In this document: piece by piece, positions 49,501-59,016 of the stretch
Layout of the letters: every line of letters begins with the position of its first letter
How positions within the stretch are numbered: the stretch's first letter is position 1
DNA from: Amphiscolops sp. MND2022
Taxonomy: Eukaryota
Assembly (NCBI GenBank): GCA_964187785.1
Contig: OZ076409.1
Span: 51,462,001-51,526,000, forward strand
Direction: 5' to 3'
Length of the DNA stretch: 64,000 nt
Made by a program: the position numbers and the translations under genes
Notes under the pieces: model-generated
Databases searched by the model: none
Told to the model about the DNA's origin: nothing
What the model saw: only the letters and a program-made list of their open reading frames with translations

Positions 49501-52500
49501 AGGCCCAGATTGATGAGCGAGCCTCGCTAGTCGTTGCATTCGGAACTACTTTGCAAAAACCGATACCACTCTTCGGCATGATAGACACCGGTTCGGGAGT
49601 CTCCATCCTCTCATTGAGCGCGTACAAGAAAATTGCACCCCAGCATGAACTGAACCTGTCACCGTACGATCTTGAACTCTTCGCTGCCAATGGCAAGACC
49701 ATCACCACCGTTGGAATAGCCGAAGACGTAAGCTTTCAGCTTGGCGGACATACTCTGAAGACCAACTTTGTAGTCATAGCCGATCACATTGGTTCAGAGG
49801 ATTTTCTCCTGGGTCGGAACTTCTTGCGCACATACAACGTGTTGGTGGACCTGGCTGCCATGAAAGTAACCATCCGTGACCCGGAAACGCCTAGGATCTT
49901 CAAAGCAGTTCACGAGGTCAGTGACCCAGAGCAATCATTCGTTGTTTCTGCCGAGGAGGTTACTTTAGGGCCTTTCGAACGAAAAGTTGTGCGCGCGAAG
50001 ATCATAACGCAGCAGCCCAACGAGTTTCATTTTCGTAACGTAATGGTGCACCCATGTAGCATTAGGTCCAACTCATTGTTTGATTCAGAAGATACACTTA
50101 CTTCCGTGGGAGAAGACGGTGTAGTTTTTTTAGCCCTAAGAAACCAAACTGCTAAAGAAGGGGTAAGAATCAAGGAACAAACCGTAGTTGGGAAAGCGGT
50201 GCTCACCAATTTTGTGTTCAACTCCGTTCCCATTCAAGACAGTCGTGAAGCTTCGAAGCTTTCAGCCGAATTTGTGAATCAAGTGCACAGAGACTTAGAT
50301 TTGGACACGAGTTCAGAGTTTAGTTCCTTTGCACAGAACTTTTTGTCTTCAACTGAGCCGTCAGAGATGGGCCTATCGGAAAATGAAAAACGCAAAAGGA
50401 CAGATCCACTATTGCTGAAGCCGATCCCAGGCCCCGACCTCTCTTCCGTCCTTTCTTCTTGGGGGGAAGGGGCGAGAGACAAATTAGCGAGCGTTTTGAG
50501 TGAATACGATGACCTGTTCATGAAAAATAAATCCGACATAGGACGATGCAAAATTGCGAAAGATCGCATAGAGCTAGAGCCGGAGGCTATACCACACAGA
50601 GAAGGGGCAAGGCGCATGTCTCCCGACAAAGCAGCCAAAGCAAACCAAGAAGTGCAGAATTTGTTAGCTCTAGATTTGATTCAACCCTCTTACTCGCCGT
50701 GGGCTAGTGGGATTGTCATGGTGAAAAAGAAATCAGGCGAGCTTCGCTTTTGCTGTGACTTCCGCCCGCTGAACGATGTAACAGTGAAAGACGCGTTCCC
50801 ACTGCCCAGGATTGATGAAAGTCTTTCAAGGATCGCGAATGCAAAAATCTTCACGAGCATCGACTTAGCGTGGGCCTTTTGGCAGATTCCACTGAAGAAA
50901 CGTGACCGCAGAAAGACCGCGTTCGCGTGCGAGCTTGGAATGTTCGAATGGCGACGAATGCCCTTTGGGCTTTGCAATGCATCGGCCACCTTTCAGCGGT
51001 CGATCACGAGAGCTCTTCAGAAGATTCAACAACGCCATGGAAGTGTTGTCATGGCATACATTGACGACACAGTAATTGCCACCGAAACAATTGAAGATCA
51101 TTTGGAGAGGATCAGAGAGGTGTTCGAGTGTCTCAGAGAGGCAGGTTTCAAGATGCGAGCCGAGAAGTGTGATTTCATGCGCACTGAAACCAAACACCTC
51201 GGACGGGTAGTCTCAGCCGAAGGCATAAAACCAGACCCGGCAGCTGTTAGCAAAATCCAAGAATGGATGCCCCCGAGAAATAAAGAAGAACTTCAAAGCT
51301 TCCTTGGATTTGCGAACTACTACCGGGACTTCATTCCTTTTCACGCTGCTAAGGTGCAACCTATGCAGGAGTTGTTAAGGAAGAACCAACACTTCTACTG
51401 GAAAGAAAAACATCAAGGAGCGTTTGATTCAGTGAAACAGGCATTAGCCGATGCCACAGCTTTGGCAGCGCCAAACGAAGAAGGACGTTTTGTTTTGGAC
51501 ACAGATGCCAGTGCAGTTGCTATAGCCGGCATACTGCACCAAGAACAACAATACAATGGGAAAACCATTCTTCGTCCCATCGTTTATGGCAGCAAGTCAC
51601 TGACTCGAACACAAATGAATTATGGCGCCCCGAAGCTGGAAATGTATGCAGTATTCTATTTTATCGAGAAGTTTCATTCCTACCTTGCAGGTCGGGAATT
51701 CACGCTGCGCGTGGATAACCAGGCTCTCTCGTGGCTGAAGACATATTCAATGGATCAGGCCATGATTGGACGCTGGATTGCGCGCCTCGACCAATATCAC
51801 TTCAAGACGATCCACAGACCACGCACGCAACACAGAAATGCAGACGGTCTTAGCAAAAGGACCAATGACTACGTGCATCGGGAGAAGATTGTGGAAGCTC
51901 TACCAGAAGTGAGCAAGGGATTCAGCTTCATGTCCCAGAAAGACTACGAAGAACTCCCCACTGTGCCATATATCGACAAACATGGAAAATTCACCCCAAA
52001 CCATCCAGAGCTTCCACCCGAAGCTCGAGCACAACTCCCCGTGCTGTATATTTTAAAGAAGCCACCAAAGGAGGATCTAACCTCAGATCAGTCTTTGAGC
52101 TCCATACCGTGGTATCCACAGGTGCAATGGGAAAACACTCCGACATCAACCGAAAACGACAGACCAAATTGTATCCTTAGTGTAACAACCAAAGTGCCAG
52201 CGGCACGTCTCGACACCACCAAACGCGACCCAGCGTTGCGTAGATTGCCAATGCAGTGTCAAGAACAAGCTGATGTCCTTAGGCTAGTTGGGACTGAGCT
52301 TCACGAGCATCAGTCGACAATACGTGGATTGAAGGATCTACATCTAGCTCAAAACAGGGATGTTCATCTTCTAGCGCTGAAGAAGCTCATGAAGAACGAG
52401 CCATTGGATGACGCTTTGTTCCCCGAGGATGTGCAAGACTTTGCCAAACGGTACTTTCATCAGAAAAAAGACCTACTGTTCTTGAACCAAAATGACATTT

Positions 52501-53918
52501 TATGTGTCAATTACATTCCGCAGCAACGCGCGATGCACGTACGACCGTGTATGATTGTCGTGCCCCAGCTCTACCAGCATGAAATCTTGTACAGAGCGCA
52601 TGATGAATCAGGACACCAAGGCGTTGGCAAAGTATTGGCGAGGATACAAGAGCGCCACACTTGGCCAGGCATCAAGCGTGATGTCGTCAATCATAATAAG
52701 CATTGCTTAACATGCCAACAGACGAAGCATCCCGCTGGGATTCCCTGTTACCCCCTACAGAGTATCAACAGCAGCAATTTTAATGACCTGGTGCAATTTG
52801 ACCATTTGAAATTGTGCAAGACAACGTCAGGAAATAATGGATTGCTAGTCATCATCGACCATTTTACCAAGTTTGCAGAGGCAATCCCATGTGCACACGA
52901 TGAATATGACGCACAGACGACTGCAAGGATTATCCTAAACAAATGGTTCGCAAGACATGGCACTCCTGCCAGAATGCAGTCTGACAACGCCACCAATTTC
53001 ACTGCCGAAATTGCTCAAGAATTGATGAAAGCCTCGCAAGTAACCAAGGTGACGTCTACTCCAGCTCATCCGAGAGGCAACGGTTTAGTGGAACGCCAGA
53101 ACCGAACGTTACTGACCTTGCTCCGAGTCTACACGTCTCGCAGAATGCTTGACTGGGATGAGCACATAGACGGAGTCTTGGGTGCCTACAATTCGACTAG
53201 ACATGCAACAACCGGATTTTCCCCGTATATGCTCCAACATGGCGCAGAAAAATCCATTCCGCTCTCGTTTATATACCCAGAATTCGCAGCGCGAGAGTTC
53301 GAATCAAAAGAAGAATTTGTAGAGCACCTACTTGCCAGACAACAAGAAATCCACGAGCTTGTTCGCCGAAACACTCATCAGGCGCAAATACGACAAAAAC
53401 AGAAGTTTGACAGGCATTTGAAGGCAAAAGCTCACGCCGTGGGTGATGCCGTTTGGGTTTTTTGCCACATAATCCCCAAGGGCGGTACCCGCAAACTTCT
53501 TCGTGCCTGGCGTGGACCTCACAAGGTCACGGATGTGTTACAAGATGGAAGATTGTACGTTTTGGATACAGGTCAAAAGGTTCATTTTGAGCGTCTGAAG
53601 AAGCATGTGCCAGCGCCATGGGATTGGGCAGCACATCAACCCTTCGGGTTAGACCAGAATGTAGCCATCGTCGCAGATCCATACGTGGAAGAAAGCAATG
53701 AGGAGATAACGTCAGATATATCACGAGACTCATTTCTTCCAGAACAACTGCCGGAGGCATCGTTCGAAATGGAATCAACCGCGCCTGTCCCACCGCGCAC
53801 GATTCAGACACGTACTCAGTCCGCTCTGGAACGAGGAATCCCACGTAGACGATTCAGTCACTTTGGATATCCGTCTGAGTCGGAATCTGACAGAAGAACC
53901 AATGGATCAACCCATTGA
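46587..53918 (+). CDS. Gag-Pol polyprotein (capsid, CCHC knuckle, aspartic protease, RT, RNase H, integrase)
   Basis: 2443-aa open frame: CVNCGDPSHFVADC, IDTGSG, FCCDFRPLN, MPFGLCNA, YIDD, DTDAS..E..VDNQAL..NADGLS, H..GH..CLTC, D/D/E integrase, WRGPH. Confidence 0.97.
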   Translation: MKKAKALFKSWVTRGNSSQSSPSSMKSGEIEYLKSLNESNRQSSGFHATNPFASGVEELSRLSARAEIAADDMIANMFLYDVMSNNMSNAEQNSQMAYISQLNSSRASSDSAYFVNGTAMNCGSVWPPVNNSAIAWADWPISNLEQATSSDISKWVENMNAGTAFGEITPQVSLDVDPLGSGVPVFAASRSAVADTASTPPGNQLGKRETIKEVNFQNYTLTTSPLLGPSTFQLGGTAISQYSRSNSIASPSSTITGCIKETEATREDLGRSLAQLKQVQANLVQENGDHAQPAEVLMKEMEELRRGVIEMKMEGHINQGKMETSMASVKGLTEKLISEMTAIMAQRDHQADERLTLISETMHRRDIDVDKRMVDLMTTVQELTLGVRAVVATVPSRPSPVPVALNPANVPSTNESSIQQPTNREVVQRQSRTKPDQRNLNPETVEDAAKSNTPNTIHGQALAEAITTAMSKGLEPLLAAKEAKNIPTKYRGTRDGIIDVWLMLMKRYLEKAHAKDTPLDRAWTIVEFLENEAQVYIMNKSEAERDTDEKVFALLARRFGTGSSKFQIQQQFRTRNQSDNEDYMQYLDALEGLRSQGFPNEDVTVRRYEIMQRFIEGVRSFELKRNLALMYAQEQYVDTPPTVEALRFTVQQYLHMRGPIRSENYPAPQQHQEPLLPSHQNPIPAAAPQAPNGQLPPQPVAVRQQPPKPSRACVNCGDPSHFVADCTLKDRAHKPVPQLVTSCRTNPAGEWSCPSNSQGMNNDVVPAALPAQAPPTLRVTFDCTGNIASECMVPGNAATEEQVKAAWYAPFANFADIIDTDDQIRVISTSEEGGPSRPVVVTCGEKQILTTLEAPAPDCTETLISIHLLLSAEQKARPNLTLAQLKEELCRNTSLTIASRPLPHFTRDDETKLAQIHKVKTIAPVPIAITVDGVDMKFDAIVVLEGHFPQGLYLGRQEMRCYNIGVQDAQGEAQIDERASLVVAFGTTLQKPIPLFGMIDTGSGVSILSLSAYKKIAPQHELNLSPYDLELFAANGKTITTVGIAEDVSFQLGGHTLKTNFVVIADHIGSEDFLLGRNFLRTYNVLVDLAAMKVTIRDPETPRIFKAVHEVSDPEQSFVVSAEEVTLGPFERKVVRAKIITQQPNEFHFRNVMVHPCSIRSNSLFDSEDTLTSVGEDGVVFLALRNQTAKEGVRIKEQTVVGKAVLTNFVFNSVPIQDSREASKLSAEFVNQVHRDLDLDTSSEFSSFAQNFLSSTEPSEMGLSENEKRKRTDPLLLKPIPGPDLSSVLSSWGEGARDKLASVLSEYDDLFMKNKSDIGRCKIAKDRIELEPEAIPHREGARRMSPDKAAKANQEVQNLLALDLIQPSYSPWASGIVMVKKKSGELRFCCDFRPLNDVTVKDAFPLPRIDESLSRIANAKIFTSIDLAWAFWQIPLKKRDRRKTAFACELGMFEWRRMPFGLCNASATFQRSITRALQKIQQRHGSVVMAYIDDTVIATETIEDHLERIREVFECLREAGFKMRAEKCDFMRTETKHLGRVVSAEGIKPDPAAVSKIQEWMPPRNKEELQSFLGFANYYRDFIPFHAAKVQPMQELLRKNQHFYWKEKHQGAFDSVKQALADATALAAPNEEGRFVLDTDASAVAIAGILHQEQQYNGKTILRPIVYGSKSLTRTQMNYGAPKLEMYAVFYFIEKFHSYLAGREFTLRVDNQALSWLKTYSMDQAMIGRWIARLDQYHFKTIHRPRTQHRNADGLSKRTNDYVHREKIVEALPEVSKGFSFMSQKDYEELPTVPYIDKHGKFTPNHPELPPEARAQLPVLYILKKPPKEDLTSDQSLSSIPWYPQVQWENTPTSTENDRPNCILSVTTKVPAARLDTTKRDPALRRLPMQCQEQADVLRLVGTELHEHQSTIRGLKDLHLAQNRDVHLLALKKLMKNEPLDDALFPEDVQDFAKRYFHQKKDLLFLNQNDILCVNYIPQQRAMHVRPCMIVVPQLYQHEILYRAHDESGHQGVGKVLARIQERHTWPGIKRDVVNHNKHCLTCQQTKHPAGIPCYPLQSINSSNFNDLVQFDHLKLCKTTSGNNGLLVIIDHFTKFAEAIPCAHDEYDAQTTARIILNKWFARHGTPARMQSDNATNFTAEIAQELMKASQVTKVTSTPAHPRGNGLVERQNRTLLTLLRVYTSRRMLDWDEHIDGVLGAYNSTRHATTGFSPYMLQHGAEKSIPLSFIYPEFAAREFESKEEFVEHLLARQQEIHELVRRNTHQAQIRQKQKFDRHLKAKAHAVGDAVWVFCHIIPKGGTRKLLRAWRGPHKVTDVLQDGRLYVLDTGQKVHFERLKKHVPAPWDWAAHQPFGLDQNVAIVADPYVEESNEEITSDISRDSFLPEQLPEASFEMESTAPVPPRTIQTRTQSALERGIPRRRFSHFGYPSESESDRRTNGSTH

Positions 53919-55935
53919 AGAACCACAGCAACCAGTGGTTCATCCTGATATTGATGACCTAGAACCGCTGTATTCCGATCAAGAGGAAGTCTTACCTGAA
54001 CCAGCACCAAGCTTGGTACCTTCACCGTCAGGAACGTCCGCACCATTGCTTTCGAACCCGGCTTTAACCGATACATTGAGTAATTTTCCACTGTTCAGTT
54101 CTCGAGCTGGTAGCTCGGTAGGACTAGAACTTGCCGAGGAAGCCGAACCCCAAGAAGGAACTGACAGAGAAATTCAAGAACCCGGTCAAAGCATGGAAAC
54201 GTTACCCTCATCAGGGAGAACTGCAACTAGAAGAGGCAGACCAAGAGGCAGACCTCCAGGTCGTAGAAGAGGAAGTACCACTTCATCAAGCAGAACACTT
54301 ACAAGAGCGCACAGACCTTACACGCGAGCGAGAGGCCGAGTAAGAGCCAGAGCTCAGTCTCAAACTTTGGAACGTGCAATGACATTACCCAACATAGCGG
54401 AAAGCATATCGCCAGAGCAACGAGAAGCGGAGCAACCAACCCCTTCACAAGCCCCACCTTATCAGCTACGACGTAACAGAGCACCACGATACAGGTGTGG
54501 AACCTCTTGTTCCCGCAACTGTAGTTGCGTCAACCTAGTTGAAGTGAGAACACCGGACAAGCGATTGGCCCGGGGAGTGGACGCTCCTGCTCTTGACTTA
54601 GCCGACACCGAAATATTCGAAGACCATATACAACATACAATCAGGTCCATACACGCAAAGGACCAGGATGTTCCACAAGTACATCATGTTGTAATTTCAA
54701 TAGAAAAGACGTACTCGAGCATTGGACCAGGTGTGGTCCCACCATTGGAAACCACGCTAAAGGCCATGCAAGGAACACCGCCCTCAGACTGTCCCACCTA
54801 TCGGTTCAAGGAGTGGACGTGGCACGACAAGAGCGGATTAGAGTTTACGTTGGCCGCTATCATTCCCCCGCTCCCACCATCGATGGTATTTGGAAAAATA
54901 GAGCCAGAAGACACGAAAGTAGCAATGGTACGCTGTATCACCGCGCAAAAGCTATGGCAACAATACGGTGTGACCTCCCCCCCTGGAGATGTGTATCACC
55001 CAACGGCTAGTTGGTGGCTATTAGTCACCTCCTTGGACGAAACATCACCAGTGAACACAGGAACGCTATTGATTTGTCTAGAGAACTTGCGTACACTTGT
55101 AGAGTTCGAGGACACACTTTGTTTTCATCTAACAGATATCTATCGCGGGAAATTCCTTAGTCAACATTGGTTACAGCTACTAGCTATCACTTTCTGTCGC
55201 CAAGCCTAAATACGCCTGCTGGACAAAAACACGTATACGTTTGAGAACCCAGTGACCGTGCTAGAAGCACTCTCCGTAGTTCATGATTGGTCTTGCACGA
55301 ATTTGGGAGACAGGCCTTTGCGCAGAACAGTGTGGCAAGACCGTAAAGCCATTCTAGATCATCTCAAACCAAGTCAAGATAATCAAAGCACCGTCACGGG
55401 AAAACTGTTGACAACGCACCCGAAAGTCAAGCCGAACTATCTACCATGGATATCTTACGATGAAACCGATATACTGCAAGCACGTGGTACCGTGGTAATA
55501 TGCTGTCCGGCTGATCTTCTGTCATACTCAGCAATGGCGCGTTACGTCATCAGGGAATATGGCCAAGAAGAGATTTTCAAACTACGACCAGCTGTAGGAA
55601 AAGCCATACACCTCGCCAAATCACCAGATGCGCCATGGAATAACGACATGTTTCTACTATTCACAAGAGCCTCCAACAAACATCCCATGTTACATGATGC
55701 GCTACATCTGTGCCTGACAGATCTGGTGCAGAAGCTCGCCCAAGCTCAAATTACCCGAGTTCACCTTCCTATCTATGATCCTGAAAGGTCAATCAACATA
55801 CTACCAGCTTGGTATTCAATGTTGAGAGATCACTTCATTGACTCAGACGTTGACATAGTTCTCCATGACAGGGTGTATGTGTCGATTGCATCAGTCAAAG
55901 CACACCCTAGCCACGTAAAGCACAAGCTTGATTGA
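53863..55935 (+). CDS. Extra 3' reading frame of the Gypsy element: acidic linker, AT-hook, Cys cluster, two macrodomain-like (TARG1/OARD1-type) folds; one internal TAA
   Basis: ORFs 53863-55209 and 55252-55935 share a frame across TAA 55207-55209. RRGRPRGRP motif. The C-terminal 140 aa pattern-match TARG1. Confidence 0.75.
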
Positions 55936-57165
55936 AAGCCTGTAGCACTCAGAAATAGCCATTCGAAAGGCCACTTGCCTTCTTTTAAACTTATGTGTCG
56001 TTTTAACTAATTGGCGAACTGGTTCTTAATACGGATTGTTTTACTATCTGTCTCGTCTGTGTCTGATCATATTGTATTTCGCTCCAATTCAAAAAAGGTC
56101 TTAATCTACAACTGCTGCTTGTTTTACAGTTGTGTCCTATTTCGCTGAACCTGTGCGGTATCAGATCATAAATCCCAGTTACATCCCCGCAACTTCCTCA
56201 GATTATACCCCAGGTGCTACACACCAACGCAGTATGCTATCGTTTCTTGTTTGTACACAATGCATTAATCTTTCACTTGGTTGAGAGAGCGGTCCGAGCA
56301 ATGTGGATCCAACTGACAGCGGCAAGAAGTCAATATAATTGTCCGGAGATCAACGTCAACCAACTGCTGTTATCAACTATGGAATGGTGAAACCGTACAT
56401 GATAAGAGACGAATATGTGGTCAATTTCAAACCACCAGCCTCCAAACATTTGACTCAGCGTGTGATTTGTGCGAAGCACCCCGTACGGAACCGGTTCCAG
56501 ATACAATCACGCATTTGTCGTCTGAATAAGTGTTATACGTTCCAGCCACATGGTTGTTAGCTTCAGAAATGCTTGTTCTGCCAGACTTTTATACACTTGA
56601 ATGGACGATGAGTGAACTTTGAGAAGTGAGCACAGTGCCTGAAACGGGTCCCAAACAAACATGAGAACACAATGGACTGAATGGACTCTCACCTGGTGAT
56701 TTTCTTTGACGTGTTACATGTTGTATCTCTATATTGGAGCTATTCATGTGGCATCGCACCCAATTCAAGTGCTCTTGTGCATTCTGTAATACCCAATCTG
56801 GTAGGTGGGTCCCAACTTGGTGCCTCCCTGCCCAAAAACAAAAAATTTGCAATTGAAATTCCTGCAACTATGCTTTCTTGCAATTCTTGGAATGCCGCGT
56901 ACATTACCACCCTTCAAAGAAGTTTTAACTAGATTGAAACGAGTGGAAAGAGTTTTCTTTTAGAGAAAATGTTTTTCATCCTCTAGAATGTTGAAAAAGT
57001 GCTAAATTCAAAAGATGAAAAAGTGCTAATGTCAAAAAAAAGTGCTGTAAAAATGATGCAGAAATTTGGAGCAGTAAAAAAATGAAATAATGTTGCTAAA
57101 AGACCCGCTGGGTATGTATCATTCTCTCTCGTTTGCCGAGGACGACAAACTACGGCCTGGGAGGA

Positions 57166-57878
57166 TGTAACGTCCACCAGTCAAGGTCAAAAATTTCAAA
57201 AATTCGAAGAATACCCAAAAAGTGTGCGAATCAAAATGGCCGACCTAGCAGGTCGTTAAAATCGAAAAGGAAGCACACACAACGCAAAAAGACGCCCCCC
57301 CAGACCACAGAGAAGACCGAAAAGCAGCGAAAGAAGATATTCAGAAGCAGAAATTAGCCAATACCCCAGTGTTGTGCCATCAAAACCGGAAAATCGCAAG
57401 AATGAGCTGGAAAAGGGATGAAGAAGAAGGTGCGATTTTTGCGTGAGTTGAACCCAAAGCTCAAAACTCGCTGAGAACTGTTCAGAATGCCTCCCCAGTG
57501 CTGTTTTATAGTATTTTGGCAGATTTTCAGGTGTTTGTTAATGGTAAAACTGGAAGGTGTTGATTTTAGACGTTATTCACTTAATTGAGATGTGCTCTGA
57601 CTAAACCCCTGTTTTCAGACCTCGGAGGTATGTAGGATCGCAGGAAGCCTTTAGGACCGTTTTTACGTGCTTGTGGGACGTGTCCGGACTTTGAGTGTGC
57701 CGGCACGTCGCCACGGAGCTCTAATATGAGGAGTCTCCTCGGCGTCTTGGAAAAGTCCCTACAGAGACCATTTGGGACTAAAAACTAATGTTTAGGTTGT
57801 TGTAAGACACTGGTCTCTTGTTAAGGCAACCTGGGCATTGTCCCGGTTCTGGAATGTAGCTGTTAGCTTGACGTTACA
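57166..57878 (+). repeat. 3' LTR
   Basis: Copy of 42857-43569, preceded by a short purine tract GGGAGGA. Confidence 0.97.
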
Positions 57879-58050
57879 TAAAGTCCATATTGTACTGTAC
57901 TAGGTCCATATTGCTTAAAATAATGTCCATATTGCTTAAAATGATGTTCATAATGCTTAGAATGATGTCCATATTGCCTAAAAAATTTTAAGCAATTCGT
58001 ACATGGTCGATTTTCAAGCAATATGGCATTAAGCAATATGACTTGAAGCC

Positions 58051-58555
58051 CTCTGGACTTGCCTTCATTGCTCGAACCGCGTGGACTGTATCGAACTGAT
58101 GGCAAACGCCCAGACGGTGTTACCATGATTCCTTGGGAAATGGGTAAACAGCTTGTGTGGGATGTCACGGTTGTGGATGCTCTTGCACCCAGTCGCCTGA
58201 ATCAAGGCTCTTTATGCAACTCGGGAACCACCGCCACCGAGGCTGAAGCGCGTAAAATTGAGAAGTATCGCGAATTAATAGACAATGGATACATTGTTCA
58301 GTCGGTGGCCTTGAAAGTATTGGGTTCTTTAGGCGAGAGCTGTGAAATTTTCATCACGCGTCTCTAAAATGCTCTGTCGTTCGCACGACGATCAACGAGC
58401 TGGCTGCTTTTTGAAGCAACGGATTTCAATGGCTCTTCAGATCGGCAATGCGGCCTGTGTTCTAGGAACTGTGAGCGACAGAGATGCGTTCGAGGAAATT
58501 TATTACATATAGCCTAATTTTTTTGACCTTCATATCAAAGCAGCTATAAAAAAAA
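58051..58555 (+). mobile_element. CRE-clade element, restriction-like endonuclease and 3' end
   Basis: EP..KRPDG.T.IPW..GK.LVWDVTVVD..E..K..KY, then (frameshift) FLKQRISMALQIGNAACVLGT. Stop at 58512 and a short A tail. Confidence 0.9.
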
Positions 58556-58569
58556 TTTCACCGGTCGAC

Positions 58570-58750
58570 TGCATAGTGGCTGGTTTGAGTAGTTTGTTGG
58601 TTGTTTTTTTTGGTACTGGTATAGTGGCTGGTATGGGGTTCCCTTTTTTCATTGCAGACCACGGGTGTGTGTCTTCTCCCCCCAACATGATGATACACAT
58701 GGCACTTGATTGATGACGAAGATCCATGATATCTGATAGAAAAAAAATCT
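58570..58750 (+). mobile_element. 5' leader fragment of another CRE-like copy
   Basis: ATAGTGGCTGG and ATTGCAGACCACGGGTGTGTGTC..CATGATGA match the reverse complement of 39730-39865. Confidence 0.6.
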
Positions 58751-59016
58751 CACTAGACACCGAGCCAAAACAACTAGGAAAAAGTATAGTCGTCTGTGGG
58801 TTTTGAAAATTTTCTAACAACGGGTTCGCCACACGTGCTACAAATATTAGACTTATTCGACTGTCACGCTTAGAAAGAACATTACTGCACCGTGCGGAAC
58901 ATTACTTTTGAAATTTGTTCGAATACCGGACTTCGGTTCATTTGGTATTGTCAGCTTTCAAATCACCTGAAGTGATGCTTTTTGTCACCTTGTTCCAGAT
59001 AACGATGTGAAAAAAA

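Larger units (their letters stand above)
42857..57878 (+). mobile_element. Full-length Ty3/Gypsy LTR retrotransposon (15.0 kb)
   Basis: Two 713-bp LTRs with TGTAACGTC...GACGTTACA ends and the order gag-PR-RT-RH-INT. Confidence 0.97.
42274..58050. mobile_element. TIR/foldback element with CCATATTGCTTAA repeat arms, hosting the shared core (42493-42683) and the Gypsy insertion
   Basis: 8-bp TSD CTCTGGAC at 42266-42273 and 58051-58058. Imperfect TIR GGGTACAAGACATATTGCTTAAT / ATTAAGCAATATGACTTGAAGCC. Confidence 0.88.

Noticed and set aside
56130..56932. Possible env-like or third ORF in the Gypsy 3' region
   Set aside because: Frames are short and stop-riddled in an otherwise young element, with no signal peptide, furin site or TM pattern.
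58515..58525. Sm-site-like AATTTTTTTG as a spliced-leader RNA target of the CRE element
   Set aside because: It lies inside the element's own 3' UTR, and no SL stem-loops or donor site are evident.
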